64,000 nucleotides of DNA from Dicyema japonicum (GCA_011109175.1 RDEW01000003.1:1871761-1935760), one strand, 5' to 3'. Shown: positions 24,561-37,338, counted from the stretch's first letter. The notes: generated from the sequence alone by a model not told the origin. Made by a program: numbers and translations.

Positions 24561-25194
24561 ATATACTAGTATCTCGTGGGACTGATTGTTTCGAGGTCTA
24601 ATCTTGTAAGGTAAAATACCTAGCCATTAAAGTCGCTCAATATAATAATTAATTTACTAATCGAAGATATAATTACACTAAAATGCCGACAATTAAAAAT
24701 TCATGAGACTATACTGCAGGGAGAATCCTTCATCTCGTTAACTTGATGCTTTCGGTTAATCTATACGTACTTGGAAAAAAATGTGGAATGTGGCCTATTC
24801 TATGGACATCTTTTTTAGCTGAATTTTATCGAAGATTGCTGTCGACTTGTGATCGGAAACATTCAGGCTATTTGTATCTTTCACATTTGAGAGTTTTGGT
24901 TAAACGAGACTGTTGCGGGAAAACATGCTAAAGATAATTTTTGAGCTGTCTATCGTTTTCGAAAATGAGGATGGAGTATATCTTTTTATTTACATAATGA
25001 AGATTGCTGTCGACTTGTGATCGGAAACATTCAGGCTATTTGTATCTTTCACATTTGAGAGTTTTGGTTAAACGAGACTGTTGCGGGAAAACATGCTAAA
25101 GATAATTTTTGAGCTGTCTATCGTTTTCGAAAATGAGGATGGAGTATATCTTTTTATTTACATAATGCTTTTAATGTCTATTTTTATTTACAGT

Positions 25195-25480
25195 CCTGTT
25201 AATTAATTATTATTTAGTAGCCTCAGGACCACTCAGAAAGAAAGGCAAAATAATGTCAAATTGTTAGGTGATCCCAATTCACGCAAGCAAACATGCCATC
25301 CAAATCCTGTGCGTCTCCATTGTTCCCACTGCCGAACGGAAGTGCCGTCATTAATCCATGCAGAGGAAGTCGATTGCGTGAAACAGTGAGAGGCCGAGTG
25401 GATGTCCATCTTTCTCGCCAATATGGAGAAATCCGGAACCACATATACGATTGTAGATTAAACAACTTGGTCCACTAGGA
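25195..25480 (-). mobile_element. LINE 3' end (GIT-stop family)
   Basis: DNA similarity to 1320-1545; ends ..attgggatcacctaa..gagtggtcctgagg..taaataa. Confidence 0.65.
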
Positions 25481-27110
25481 AATTTTGAAAGACAAAAGAC
25501 GGATCAGCACAGTCTTAACAAGCTCATGAAATATTACGCAAATATAAGCCACAAACCTTTTATGAAAATGGGCCTTCTTTATCTTCAATAAGACCAAAGG
25601 GATCACATCCGATTAACTTTATCTCTCATTCAGATATCAGTGAGGGTTTAAAGAATGGGCCTTCTTTATCTTCAATAAGACCAAAGGGATCACATCTGAT
25701 TAACTTTATCTCTCATTCAGATATCAGTGAAAGTTTAAAGAGGTTGAATTCTTCCCTCTCATGTGGGACAGATTCTATCCCTGGTATTTTACTAAAACAT
25801 CTTGGACCTATTGCGATTGATGCAATCACAGTGATTTTCAACTATTTAATAAACATGAATACAATTCCAATTATCTGGAAAACTGTCCTGTATACGCCCA
25901 ATCCTTAAGCTTGAGAAGCCTAAAAACAATCCTGCATCAGTTCGACCTATCTCTTTACTTGCACCTTATCAAAGTTATTGGAAAAATTGATTCTTAATTT
26001 TATAACCCCGTTCCTTCTTTTTTCGTACTCACAACATGGATTTAGAAGGGTTCATTCAACTTCCACCCACCTAACTTCCCTCAACCAATTTATCATTGAA
26101 GGCTTTAACACAAATCCTCGTCACCTCAAAACAGTCGTTTGCTCGATTTACAAAAAGTCTCGACTCTGTCTCAAGGAAAATCTAACCCAGAAATTGTTGT
26201 TCTCGCCGTCAAACCCAATATAAAACTTTGGCTTGTTAACTTCATAAATGGAAGAAGGGCCCGGGTATACAAGGTTAGGAACAAATCAATTTCAAGATTA
26301 CTACCCAATGGTGTCTCACAAGGTTCCTCTTTATCACCCGCCTTATTTAACTTATACATGTCAGATTTACCACCCCCCNCTTGCTAACTTCATAAATGGA
26401 AGAAAGGCCCGGGTATACAAGGATAGGACCAAATCAATTTCAAGATTACTACCCAATGATGTCCCACAAGGTTCCTCTTTATCACCCGCCTTATTTAACT
26501 TATACATGTCCGATTTACCACCCCCCCCCTTCATAATAAAGATGATTATATCCTATCTTATGCTGATGACTTTTAATCTGATCCTGCGATCAAGATATCC
26601 CAAAGGCATCAGAAAGACTACAAGAAATCCTTCACAAGATTCAAATTTGGCTAAATTATAACCAGCTTGATATATCTAATGTTAATCTTCTTCGTCTTTA
26701 TTTAGCTCGGACAAACGACTTGGACAAATGACAGTGGATATATTTATCAACCAGACAAAAATACCTTTCTCGAAGAAACTGAAAATCTTGGGGATCATTT
26801 TCAACACACACATCTCACGTCGACGCTGTCGCTGAATGTTGCTCAAGAAAGCTAGGGATAATCAAAACTATTTTCGGTGGCATTAAAACCCCTTTCCCAG
26901 CTTTGAAATTGTTGTACAAACAAGTCATTAGCCATCTGTCAGCTATGCCTGTACGTCATGGGGGATCAATAAAACCCTAATGTGGATACTTGCGAGACAT
27001 AAGAAAAACCCAGCTTCATCAGGTGTGTTTCTCTGTTACTAGCATAATGTTAAAAATATTGGAAATAGACTATTCCTTCCAATTATTAAGAACGTTGATC
27101 AACATGTAAT
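25480..27110 (+). mobile_element. I/Jockey-group LINE RT domain, frameshifted
   Basis: HLKHLGPIAI..IWKT..RPISLL..EKLIL..SQHGFRR.HSTST.LT..GVSQGSSLSPALFNLYMSDLP..YADD; duplications at about 25567-25738 and around the N at 26379. Confidence 0.9.
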
Positions 27111-27124
27111 TTCTGCCGTATTCA

Positions 27125-27270
27125 TAACTGAACGGTCTTCTTCCATCCATTTAACCTCGTTGAAAGATTCCATCCGTACTGGATTCTCAAATAAACTTAG
27201 ACATATGAAGACTGTCATTTATTTTGTAGATATTCATTAAGCGTTTGACTCCGAAAAACTTGAAAAATAT
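27125..27270 (+). mobile_element. Separate short RT fragment
   Basis: SSIHLTSLKDSIRTGF..KTVIYFVDIH*AFD. Confidence 0.55.
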
Positions 27271-27420
27271 TCAGTCGGATATTCCTGGACGCTTTACGGT
27301 TAGTTAATATTTTTTGGCGCTGGAAGGGGAGTGATTGTTTTGGAGATTTAAGATCGGTAACTTTTTTACAAATTGCATCTCAAGCATAGATCGAAAACTT
27401 TTTTCATGGTTAAAATAGTA

Positions 27421-28106
27421 TCAGGTGAACTTCTCATTACAATAGAGTTTGTATTGGAAATCCACTTCAGAAATCAACGAAACTGAGACTTTGCTGATTA
27501 CATTTTCTAACGACATCCTTTCCTCATCGAGTACGTTGTTGTACTCGTATAGAGAATGTACTCGGTCAGTAAGGGTACTCAATTTCCCGGAAAATTCGTC
27601 AACGTAGGATATCATATCATTTAGGTGGTCTTCCGCTTCAGAAACAAAATTTCGCTGTGTTTTTTCATTCCTTAAGTCAATTTCAGAGAATCCCGAATGT
27701 ACCAAGTCCAGATTATCCCTTATTTCTTTGATATTCGCCAATTCCTCTACTATGGAGTCCTCAATATTCCTCAAACGAGAAAACATCTCCAGTTTCTTCT
27801 CGTAAATATGTTTCCGCCTTTCCTGTTCATTTTGTTTATGTACAATCTGTTCTCTAAGGTTCAATAAGGATCTCCTCAGCTGATCTACGTCCTCCCACCC
27901 CCTGTTAATTCTCTCCTCAGTCTCCTTTATGGTTCGACTCAGCTGACGAGAGACTTCAACATACTGCGATATTCCGGTACGGAAACCTCAGAGACTATTC
28001 TCTCGCGATCCTTGATCTCCATCTTCAGGTCCTTGGTCTCCGTAATCCAAAAGTCCAATTCATTAGTCATTGTTTCATGAACCTGAGAATTCATTACAAT
28101 CGTTTG
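27421..28106 (-). CDS. Host coiled-coil protein gene, 5' end in the gap, with a 23-nt intron at 27964-27986
   Basis: Removing gtttccgtaccggaatatcgcag joins ORF-track 27939.. and 27421.. in frame: ..KDRERIVSE|YVEVSRQLSRTIKETEERINRGWEDVDQLRRSLLNLREQIVHKQNEQERRK.. (about 220 aa, no stops, E/K/R/L heptad-rich). The exact C-terminus may involve another intron. Confidence 0.75.
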
Positions 28107-28874
28107 NNNNNNNNNNNNNNNNNNNNNNNNNNNNNNNNNNNNNNNNNNNNNNNNNNNNNNNNNNNNNNNNNNNNNNNNNNNNNNNNNNNNNNNNNNNNNN
28201 NNNNNNNNNNNNNNNNNNNNNNNNNNNNNNNNNNNNNNNNNNNNNNNNNNNNNNNNNNNNNNNNNNNNNNNNNNNNNNNNNNNNNNNNNNNNNNNNNNNN
28301 NNNNNNNNNNNNNNNNNNNNNNNNNNNNNNNNNNNNNNNNNNNNNNNNNNNNNNNNNNNNNNNNNNNNNNNNNNNNNNNNNNNNNNNNNNNNNNNNNNNN
28401 NNNNNNNNNNNNNNNNNNNNNNNNNNNNNNNNNNNNNNNNNNNNNNNNNNNNNNNNNNNNNNNNNNNNNNNNNNNNNNNNNNNNNNNNNNNNNNNNNNNN
28501 NNNNNNNNNNNNNNNNNNNNNNNNNNNNNNNNNNNNNNNNNNNNNNNNNNNNNNNNNNNNNNNNNNNNNNNNNNNNNNNNNNNNNNNNNNNNNNNNNNNN
28601 NNNNNNNNNNNNNNNNNNNNNNNNNNNNNNNNNNNNNNNNNNNNNNNNNNNNNNNNNNNNNNNNNNNNNNNNNNNNNNNNNNNNNNNNNNNNNNNNNNNN
28701 NNNNNNNNNNNNNNNNNNNNNNNNNNNNNNNNNNNNNNNNNNNNNNNNNNNNNNNNNNNNNNNNNNNNNNNNNNNNNNNNNNNNNNNNNNNNNNNNNNNN
28801 NNNNNNNNNNNNNNNNNNNNNNNNNNNNNNNNNNNNNNNNNNNNNNNNNNNNNNNNNNNNNNNNNNNNNNNNNN

Positions 28875-29711
28875 TTTTCCCCCATGGAATTGCAACAAAG
28901 AAGTACAGTGACTCTTTCTTTTTCCTGTTTAAAGCCAAAAGTATCGTCATTTATTCCGACAAACGACTTTCGTGAGTCCTTTTTATATGAAAGAAGTTTC
29001 ATCACAATTAAAAACATTTTGTCTTCCATATTGAATAATTTTCTCGTCAAGAATTTAAAAAAACTCATTGATGTAAATCAAGTCACATGAATTTTTTTAT
29101 CCACAAATTGATTTAAATTTCAGTTCATGTCGCTTTTTAAATCTGTCAAGCCATCCGTTTGAAGCTTTGAAAGTATCAAATCCAATTTTTGAAGCCGTAT
29201 ATAAGGCAATTTTCTTTATGAAAGGACCTGATATTTGAACCTTATCTTCGCGTAGTTTCTGAAATATTTCAAAAACTTGATCATCGAATTTAGATTTCTC
29301 ACAATAAGGCATAGGATCCTCATCCGTGTTTACAGTTCCTTGTTCAAGAAAAGGTACAATTGTTTTTTTTATTCGCGAAACATGCCTTTACTAGTTTTGT
29401 ATTTTTTAATTATCTGTCTTTCAGATAATTTGTTCTTCAATATCAATTTAGCAATCGTTAATTTTGTTTCGTAGTTGATAACCATTCACAACAAAAAATT
29501 TACATAAACGTGTATTTAAAATTATATATTTATTAATAAAATATAATTTTATTTATTTATAATTTCATTCTCCACAATTTTATAATGCCCCAAAATTTCC
29601 ATATTTTTTATCGATTTTCCATTTTACTCTGCCAAAATGTTGGCCAAAAAAATGCCCCAAAATTCGAGGGTGCCCCACACCTGGGGTCTGCCCCAATTTG
29701 GGGTCGGACTG
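28875..29711 (-). mobile_element. Tigger/pogo transposon 5' part (CENP-B-like HTH and start of DDE region), running into the gap
   Basis: TA plus TIR CAGTCCGACCCCAAATTGGGGC ending at 29711; ISGPFIK..FKASNGWLDRFKKRH; FNCDETS..KERVTVLLCCNSMGE. Confidence 0.85.
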
Positions 29712-30384
29712 TATTGCCATTTTTATATTTTGTGTTATGTACTAATACAGTGAATATTGATACTTTTGTAAGAATAAGGTATTGTATATTATAATTACTC
29801 ACACAGGCTTCTTAATTCAACAGAAAACGGGGATATATTTTGTCATCCAGGCTTTGCATGAATTATATTTTTATAAATTTTAAACAATTTTAAAAAAACA
29901 TAAGAATTTTTGACTTTGTTGACAAAAATTGCTGCAAAAATATCAAAATTAGTTTTGTTTGCCAGATCGCCTGTTTAAGGTTTTAGGATTCTCCAACTTC
30001 ATTTTGCCAAACCAGTAATTCAAAATGCCAGGATAACAACCCGATATTGTAGGCCGGGTAAGTGATTTCGAGGTGTGGAGAAGTTGAATTCGATGTTAAC
30101 TAGCTGCAAGAAAAAGAGGATTTTTTGGAGAGGTTCGAGCATGGAACTTACATTTCCCCCAAATTTAAGTCGCAATATATTAGAGATTAAATTTGGGTTA
30201 CTATTAACTGGACAAAATTTCTCAGCTCAGAAATTTGGGTGTTTTTGTAATTTCATTCCAAATTTAAGCTTAATTCAAAATATGTCTAGTTTACGCAATT
30301 TTTTTCAAAAGCCACATAATTTTTCTACAACCTGATTGGGGTAGAAAGACTTAATTTTCACAGGTTGTTATTATTAATGCCCCG

Positions 30385-30810
30385 AGTATCACTGGGTCAA
30401 AAAAAAGAAATAAAAGTTCTCAACTGACTAAGTGATCCCAACCGACAAGGGAGAGGACGAGTCAGGAGAGGTCGAGAATCCTGAACACCTCTTCTCATGA
30501 GACAAGGCATCGTTTCAAAATTTCTGTATGATTGTTCCCAACCGACAAGGGAGAGGACGAGTCAGGAGAAGTCGAGAATCCTGAACACCTCTTCTCATGA
30601 GACAAGGCATCGTTTCAAAATTTCTGTATAATTGTAGATATTTCGATAGTGTTACTGGAATAGAGGACATCTCGGTGAACTAACCTCCTTTAAGTGTCTT
30701 CTTTGTAATTTGATTAAGAAATTTTTAATGTTGCTGCATTTTTTGTTCTAGTCCAATTTACTTTATTGCAGTCTCCTCGATTGCGGATAGTTTTAACAAG
30801 GAGTATTGCA
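30385..30810 (-). mobile_element. LINE 3' end (GIT-stop family)
   Basis: DNA similarity to 40885-41215; ends gggatcacttagtcagttg..cccagtgatactcgggg. Confidence 0.7.
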
Positions 30811-31074
30811 GTTTAATATCTTATTAAATCACGTGGTGTCTGAAATAAGATTGCATAATAGATCCAACTCGATCAAATATCTCAGACTGGATAAATGTCA
30901 ATAATTTTTTGTATAGTTAGTTAAGTAACCCCAGCCTCATTAAATATCTTATTAAATCACGTGGTGTCTGAAATAAGATTGCATAATAGATCCAACTCGA
31001 TCAAATATCTCAGACTGGATAAATGTCAATAATTTTTTGTATAGTTAGTTAAGTAATCCCAGCCTCATTAAATG

Positions 31075-31460
31075 TAGGAGACTAGCGGCTATTATGTAGA
31101 ACGCAGCAATGTCGGTCGCTCCCATAAATCTGTCAGTCTTGGCATTTTATACGAACAGTGTAATAATTCACGACATTCAAAAAATGGTTTGATGTCAACT
31201 AGTAGAGGTTCCAAAAGTAACAGAGGATCTTTAACATCATCCAGTTTACGCACGTAGTTGGTAGAGAGGGGTGATCGCCAAATAGTAGACGAGCCAGGTT
31301 TACCCGCATGTCCCTCAGGAGAAAGGATTGTGTTAGTCGATTAAAGGAAGTATTATCATCAAGTCTTCGGAAGGTTCTCTAGCAGAAACATAATCTTGTA
31401 TCTATTTCAAACGTTGGGGTAGGAAGGGGATGGATGATAGCATTCGAGTAAATTAATTAA
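31075..31460 (-). mobile_element. I-group LINE 3' end with C-terminal knuckle
   Basis: NYVRKLDDV..NHFFECRELL..LTDLWERP; similar to 20300-20560. Confidence 0.6.
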
Positions 31461-31469
31461 CTGAATAAT

Positions 31470-31585
31470 ATACCATTTGGCACTTCGTATGGAAAGTTTT
31501 GTTGCGGGAACTGGGATCACCTAACTAGTTGACATTACTTTGTCTTTCTTTCTCGGTGATCCCGAGGTTAATAAATAAATCTATG
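31470..31585 (+). mobile_element. LINE 3' tail (GIT-stop family) with stem-loop
   Basis: gggatcacctaactagttg..CTCGG-tgatc-CCGAG-gttaataaataaat. Confidence 0.65.
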
Positions 31586-32009
31586 AGCAATGTTTAAACC
31601 TAAGTTTAATATGGAGATTACCGATTTTAAATGAATGGGTCACTAAAAGGGACATTTTTCAGTCTCAAATGCTGAAAGATATTGAGAACTTTGGAATCCA
31701 ACAAATTAAAACTGTCTTAAAGTCTTCAATATTTTCTTGGTGTATTAGCCTCATTTATAGAACGCAGCAAGAATATTAAGTCAATTTGAATTATAATTTT
31801 ATTAACACGGACTCACAAAAAAGGTGACAAGTCTTCTAATTTATGTGATTGACGTAAAAATTTATTTTTAAGAAAAATAAAATAAACCGTAAAATAAAAA
31901 TTAATTAATTTTGTTCCACATCGAGGTTTTATATGATAGGGTTTTTCGGACTGAATAATATTAATACTATTAATGCTGAAGACANCTAAACTTACTTCCA
32001 CTTTTTTCT

Positions 32010-32850
32010 ATTGACGTGTAGAGCAAATTCTCCATGGTATGGAGGATTTAGTTATTCTAAATAATCCTGTTCAACGTCTTCGTTGTTCTCTGCATTTAAT
32101 CATTCTAGTACTTTTCGGAAAATCTCCCTCTGTTATATCGCTCTCAAAGTCCAATGAGATGTCCTTTAAGATCTCCCAGCTGATCACAACCAGATTTTAA
32201 TTACCTTAAACTATCACGTGTATCAACTATAAACTCGGAAAGTATGATTTTTACAAAAAAAAGACCGAAAGCGTACTCAACGACATTTCTTGTGTTTCTT
32301 TCCGCTCTTTTGATGCTCCTGTTGAGTTCTTCACAAACTTCTAATACCTGAAGACAAAAAATATATTCCCCGTGATTTCATCGCTAATCATATCTTCGCT
32401 CACACTCATTGGTATCTCAAGAAAAAATTGTGTGTTATTATTCCTGGACCAGGCCAACTTATTATCATTATGCGAAGATAGACTACCTTCCTATCCCGAA
32501 AGGACTCCGTTGTAATATTTTCTTTTTGAAAATTTCGAGAAAGCATAAAATATTCAAGGACAATTTTTGCTTTGAGACTAAAATGTATTATCAAAAATGG
32601 GTCTCAAATATATAGAGCTTGTTTAAGTAAGAAAAGCATGCGTTAAGATGCCAAGGCCACGATTGACCAGAGTTATCGAAAGTGAATATATCCTGGTGAC
32701 ATGATACGCAGGAACCATGGAACGCGCCGTCGTGACTACGAATATCCAGTCTTTCAGCCGATAAGTGTTTGTGTGGGATCAAGGTCCCTGCTAGTGTATG
32801 CTGGGATCACGTGATTAGTTTGTGCAACCGTGTCTCGTTATTATTATTAT
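32010..32850 (+). mobile_element. Decayed, internally deleted LINE (APE end plus GIT-stop tail)
   Basis: EQILHGMEDLVILNNP..DHNQILITL; 3' end YAGIT* followed by (tta)n. Confidence 0.45.
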
Positions 32851-33099
32851 TATTATTGCAAATCCCATTTTTTTATTATACTATGTTCCTTTCTTCGTTA
32901 AATTATCATGGCTTCATCTCTCTTAAGAAGTCACCCAGTTTAAGGATGACACCAAAAAAGATCATTTGCTCTTTCTCACGTAACCGAATCATTTCGTTAG
33001 TTTCACAAATATGAATTTGTTGGATTTCGGTTGAAGGTATTTTCGACGTATGACCGTGAAAAGTTGAAGGCCATTTTGAATGAACACGCAGTGGAACAT

Positions 33100-33800
33100 G
33101 AAAGAAAAAAATCATCACCTATTAAAGTGATCCCAGTCCATCATCCGAAATATGAATCTGACGGGGACGTCATTCTGTATTACTCTTTTTATTGACAATA
33201 CCACAAATTTTAATTAGGTTTCAAAGTATTTGAGCAGGATTTTGTTTAAGAGAAAGTTTGGTATGATGTCCGACTTCAACAAAAATGCCTGTTGAGAAGA
33301 GTGAGCTCAAACCGTCCAACGCTGTTTTGCCAGCTTCTTAAACTGCGGACAGCTTGCGTAGGGAGATAGGAAAGATAACTGGACAAACTTTCAAGGGTTT
33401 TTTGAGCACAGTTGTTTTTTTGTATGCGAGTATATTTCTATCAACCTTCAACCGTCACAACTACTAAAATTAGTAACGATGCAATCCATTGTCATATAAG
33501 GTATAATATGAACTTAGGACTTATGAATTGACTTTTCCTATATACCATTCCCACGCAGCATTTATAGAGAAGAGAGTTGGCCGGATAAACTGGCGTTGTG
33601 GAAAGGTATTCAACTTTACTCCCGGACGATCTTGGGATAATTTATACAATTGTAATCTTTCACATATAAATAGCATACAATTTTCAGTGTAAATATCAGC
33701 AATCCCCACAACGCTCTGATTTTTCAGATCGACTCCCAAATATTTGCCATATCCAGTTTTCAGCGCAATTATATGGTCGATCCTCACACAGGTCCTTCTC
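33100..33800 (-). mobile_element. Decayed LINE RT C-terminus
   Basis: KYLGVDL..GVKLNT..QFIRPTL..AW. Confidence 0.6.
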
Positions 33801-34330
33801 CTAAAAGAGTAAAAAATTTTAAATACCGAGCTCGTGAATTTGGCCAACAACAGTTTTTCCGTTGTCGATTGAACGTAGATATTAATTTGGTCGAAGTTCT
33901 AAAGTGACGTTGAAGTATGACTGGATTGCATTTACGCTTTTGATAAGTCTCCACCCGCCTGTGGTCATATGCAAAAAGATAAATCATGCTCCACTGTGTC
34001 TGGTTCTTGTGGTGCCTCTTCGAATCACTTTCTACGATTTTTGCTGTATTTCTCTCTACCTATCGGTCTATTTCTTATATTTTATTTATTACTTGTCTCC
34101 TTTGAATCTCAAATTTTTCGTCATCACAGCTCATACAAATCATACATTTGAATTTTTAAAATTAATTATTTTAAAATTATTTTAAAATTATTTTAAAATT
34201 TATTTTAAACTCTCTTTTCTTTGTTGTTTTAGCGAATATTTCAACTTAACTTTTAAATTAAATTTGTTTGGAAGTAAAAGATAATTTAAAATCCAGATAT
34301 TAAAAATGTAATTAGGAAAGAATCATTAGC

Positions 34331-34434
34331 AAATGGTCAAATAGCGGCTGCCCAGACTGCCTGACTATTCCCTCTCAGGATGGCGAGCGAAATTCGCTCA
34401 AACAAACCAGCAGCGCTTTTGAAGGTCTGCTGGT
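34331..34434 (+). other. GC-rich hairpin-forming dispersed motif (second, shorter copy at about 42005-42060)
   Basis: Shared aaatggtc..gcggctgccc..tggc-GAGYGA-xAT-TCRCTC-aaa..accag; extra 8-bp stem accagcag/ctgctggt in this copy. Confidence 0.45.
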
Positions 34435-34639
34435 CGTGTAGAAATCCGATTCCCTAGATGACTCAATAATTCCAAGGTCAGTTTAAGTATTAGTTATATT
34501 TAGTTTACACTTGAATTCTAAAAATACAAAATAATTTTAAAAAATAGAAAAATAATAAAATTGTCTATTATTTCAGCTCCACTTATCAATTATCAATATT
34601 AGTAAAACATAAATAGAATGTTTTTGAGGTAGAGACTGT

Positions 34640-35200
34640 GACATACAATATTTTGTCCTAAAAAATGAATTTTGTTGACTTGGCAGGATCAGAACGAATT
34701 AATAAAACAGGAAACAATAGACTTCTACTAAAAAAATCAATTCACATAAAGAGTGGCCTTCTAGTTTTTGGAAACGTATTAATGCGTTCTCCGAAAAAAA
34801 ATTAGTCAAGGTGCCATATAGAGACTCAAAGATTATTAGAATATTGAAAGTCTCGTCATTTAAACCTTAAATTGGTTGAACTTGTGACGTGTTTCTTGAA
34901 TTATTATTTCTATTTCACGCATGACAAATGATCTCTTCACACTGGAGTCATTCGACGTCCGAAGATTGGCAGGGAATTCACTAAAATTAATGATTTGCTG
35001 TTTGATCCCCGCAGGCGAAAATATACAAGAAACATTCAACTCACTAAATTATGGTTTTCGGGTTAAATTATAAGGGACGTTTACGCTAGAAAAATAAAAA
35101 ACAAAAAAGTAAACAATGCAAACAGGTTTGTGTATTTTTTGGGCCAGTAAGAGATCTTAGAAGGCATTTAGAGAAAAGTTCATAGACAGATGATGAATAA
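34640..35200 (+). pseudogene. Kinesin motor-domain C-half pseudogene fragment (kinesin-4/KIF7-27-like wording)
   Basis: [26 protein letters not shown](frameshift)[55 protein letters not shown]; 22-nt GT-AG intron candidate gtttgtgtattttttgggccag. Confidence 0.85.
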
Positions 35201-35418
35201 ACCAGACAACATTTTTATAGGTTTGTGAAAGAATTTACTTAGACTATAAAATTACACAAATCTGTAGATTTTTGTATGCTTTTTCGCTTGCTACAATAAG
35301 GTTGTCTTCATCATTATCTTCTTCATTATAAACAAAGCGCTCACATGACTTTGAATTTTGCGGATAGGTTGAACCCATAAAAATATAAAATGGAATCTGT
35401 CTCATGTTTTTATAAATA

Positions 35419-37338
35419 CAGTAGGACCCCGCCCCAATAGAAAAGTGCCCCAAATATAGAGAGTATACTAAATTATTATATTTTTAACTTCTCTATTCGT
35501 ATTTTTAAATAATTATTTTTACAATACAATGTTTTGCTTCATATTGCAAAAAGGAATCAATTTATTTATGAAAAATAATCAGTTATTTTGTTCCCAATGG
35601 AATATTTGTTTCTTAGCATTTTTGAAATTTTAATCCTAAATTCATAGTATTCTTTAAGCCCTTCAGGACAAATGTTAAATAATGAAGATTCAAGATTATT
35701 CATAATTTTTATTGTATCTTTTAAATATAGCCCATCCATCTCATTATTTCCATTATACAAAGCCTCATTGTCTTCTATTCCATTTATTTAAAGTTCTGTT
35801 AAATCTGAAATATGTTCATCAATTAATTCGGATTCTTTTTTGAATTTGTTTCATGGACAAATGTTCTTTGCTCATTTATCTTTTTCCAACAATTCAATAT
35901 TGTAGTTTTTGTTACACGAGTCCATGCTTCTCCCACAAATGCGACTACTTGTCTCATATTGATCTTCAACAGGGCATCATAGTATTCATTAGCATCGTCA
36001 AGACATATCATTTCATAAAGAACATTCTTATAACATGATTTGAATGAGTTTATAATCCCCATATCTAAAGGTTGAAGAAGTGCTGTTGTGTTTTTAGGAA
36101 GTTTAAGAAATGATAAGTTTGAATATTCCTGACATTTGTGACAACGTGCATTATCCATAATAATCAAAATTTTCCTGTTTTTTTGAACCATTTCGAAGTT
36201 TATTTTTTGTAGCCATGTATCAAAAATATCCATCGTCATCCATGCATTTTTTGAAGCTGTATATAGAACCTAAAATTAACCCAACACAATATACCCCATA
36301 ATCTTTTGTATTTATGTTTTTTAAGCATCTTGGGGATTTGAATTTCCCGATAACAAGGGGTTTTAATTTCTCGCCTTCACGGCTGCAGTATAAAAGAACT
36401 GAAACTCGTTCTTTACTTTTCGTTTTACCAGAACAATCATCATTTGAAGAGACAAATGATCTACGTGAATTTTTTTTAATAAAAAGAGAAGTTTCGTCGC
36501 AGTTAAAAATATCTTTTTTATCGTATTCCTCAAATAAACTGTCGTAATTGTTAAAAAAACTCTTTAAGTTTTTTTTTTGTCGGAGGAGTTTTTTTCACCC
36601 GAAATTACTTTGAATAGTAATTCATGTCGCTTTTTAAACCGATCAAGCCATTTAAGTTTTTTTTTTGTCGGAGGAGTTTTTTTCACCCGAAATTACTTTG
36701 AATAGTAATTCATGTCGCTTTTTAAACCGATCAAGCCATCCATTTGATGCCTTGAAATCATTAAACTCAAATTTGGCAGCAGTCTTTTTTGCAATATTTT
36801 TGAGGAGACATCCAGATACTGAAATCCCATCCTTTCTCAAATTGTTGAAGACTTCGAATACTAGTCGATCAATTTGAATTGAAAGGTCGGATTCAAACTT
36901 CTTGCATGAAACTTCCTCAAAAAATACTTCTTTGTTTAACGAAATATTTTCCTTTCCAATTTCTTTTTTAATTCGAGAAACAGTTCCTTTTCCAATCTTG
37001 TATAATCGACAAATTTTTCTTTCTGACATATTTTGATTTATTAAAGAATCGAAAATCTGTTGTTTCAAATGACGACTAAGCTTCGCAGGCATGCTGACAA
37101 TTATTTGAAAATTAATAAATTAAAGATAAAAATTAAATAATAGATTTTTAAATTTTCTATAGAGAAAGTGCCCCAAAAAGCGGGGTTTTTATTTTGAATT
37201 TATTGAACGAAAAATGTGAAAAAATGTAAAAGATCATTTATAATTATATTTATTTAAAAAATCGCCCCAAATACAGAGGGTGCCCCAAATATAGAGGGTG
37301 CCCCAGGGCCGGGGTTTGATTGGGGCGGGGTCCTACTG
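35419..37338 (-). mobile_element. Full-length Tigger/pogo (Tc1/mariner superfamily) transposon with a near-intact transposase containing a 25-nt intron
   Basis: Perfect 20-bp TIRs CAGTAGGACCCCGCCCCAAT (35419-35438 and 37319-37338), TA on both flanks. HTH/CENP-B region (FKASNGWLDRFKKRH), IFNCDET, KERVSVLL, NAWMT, LIIMDNA..H, LPKNTT..LQPLDMGII..FK. Intron at 36270-36294; two poly-A frameshifts, one stop and an 88-bp tandem duplication. Confidence 0.95.

Noticed and set aside
23089-29090. Long 290-340-aa ORFs in the track
   Set aside because: They consist almost entirely of X from N gaps (also at 4379-4915 and 40143-40796)
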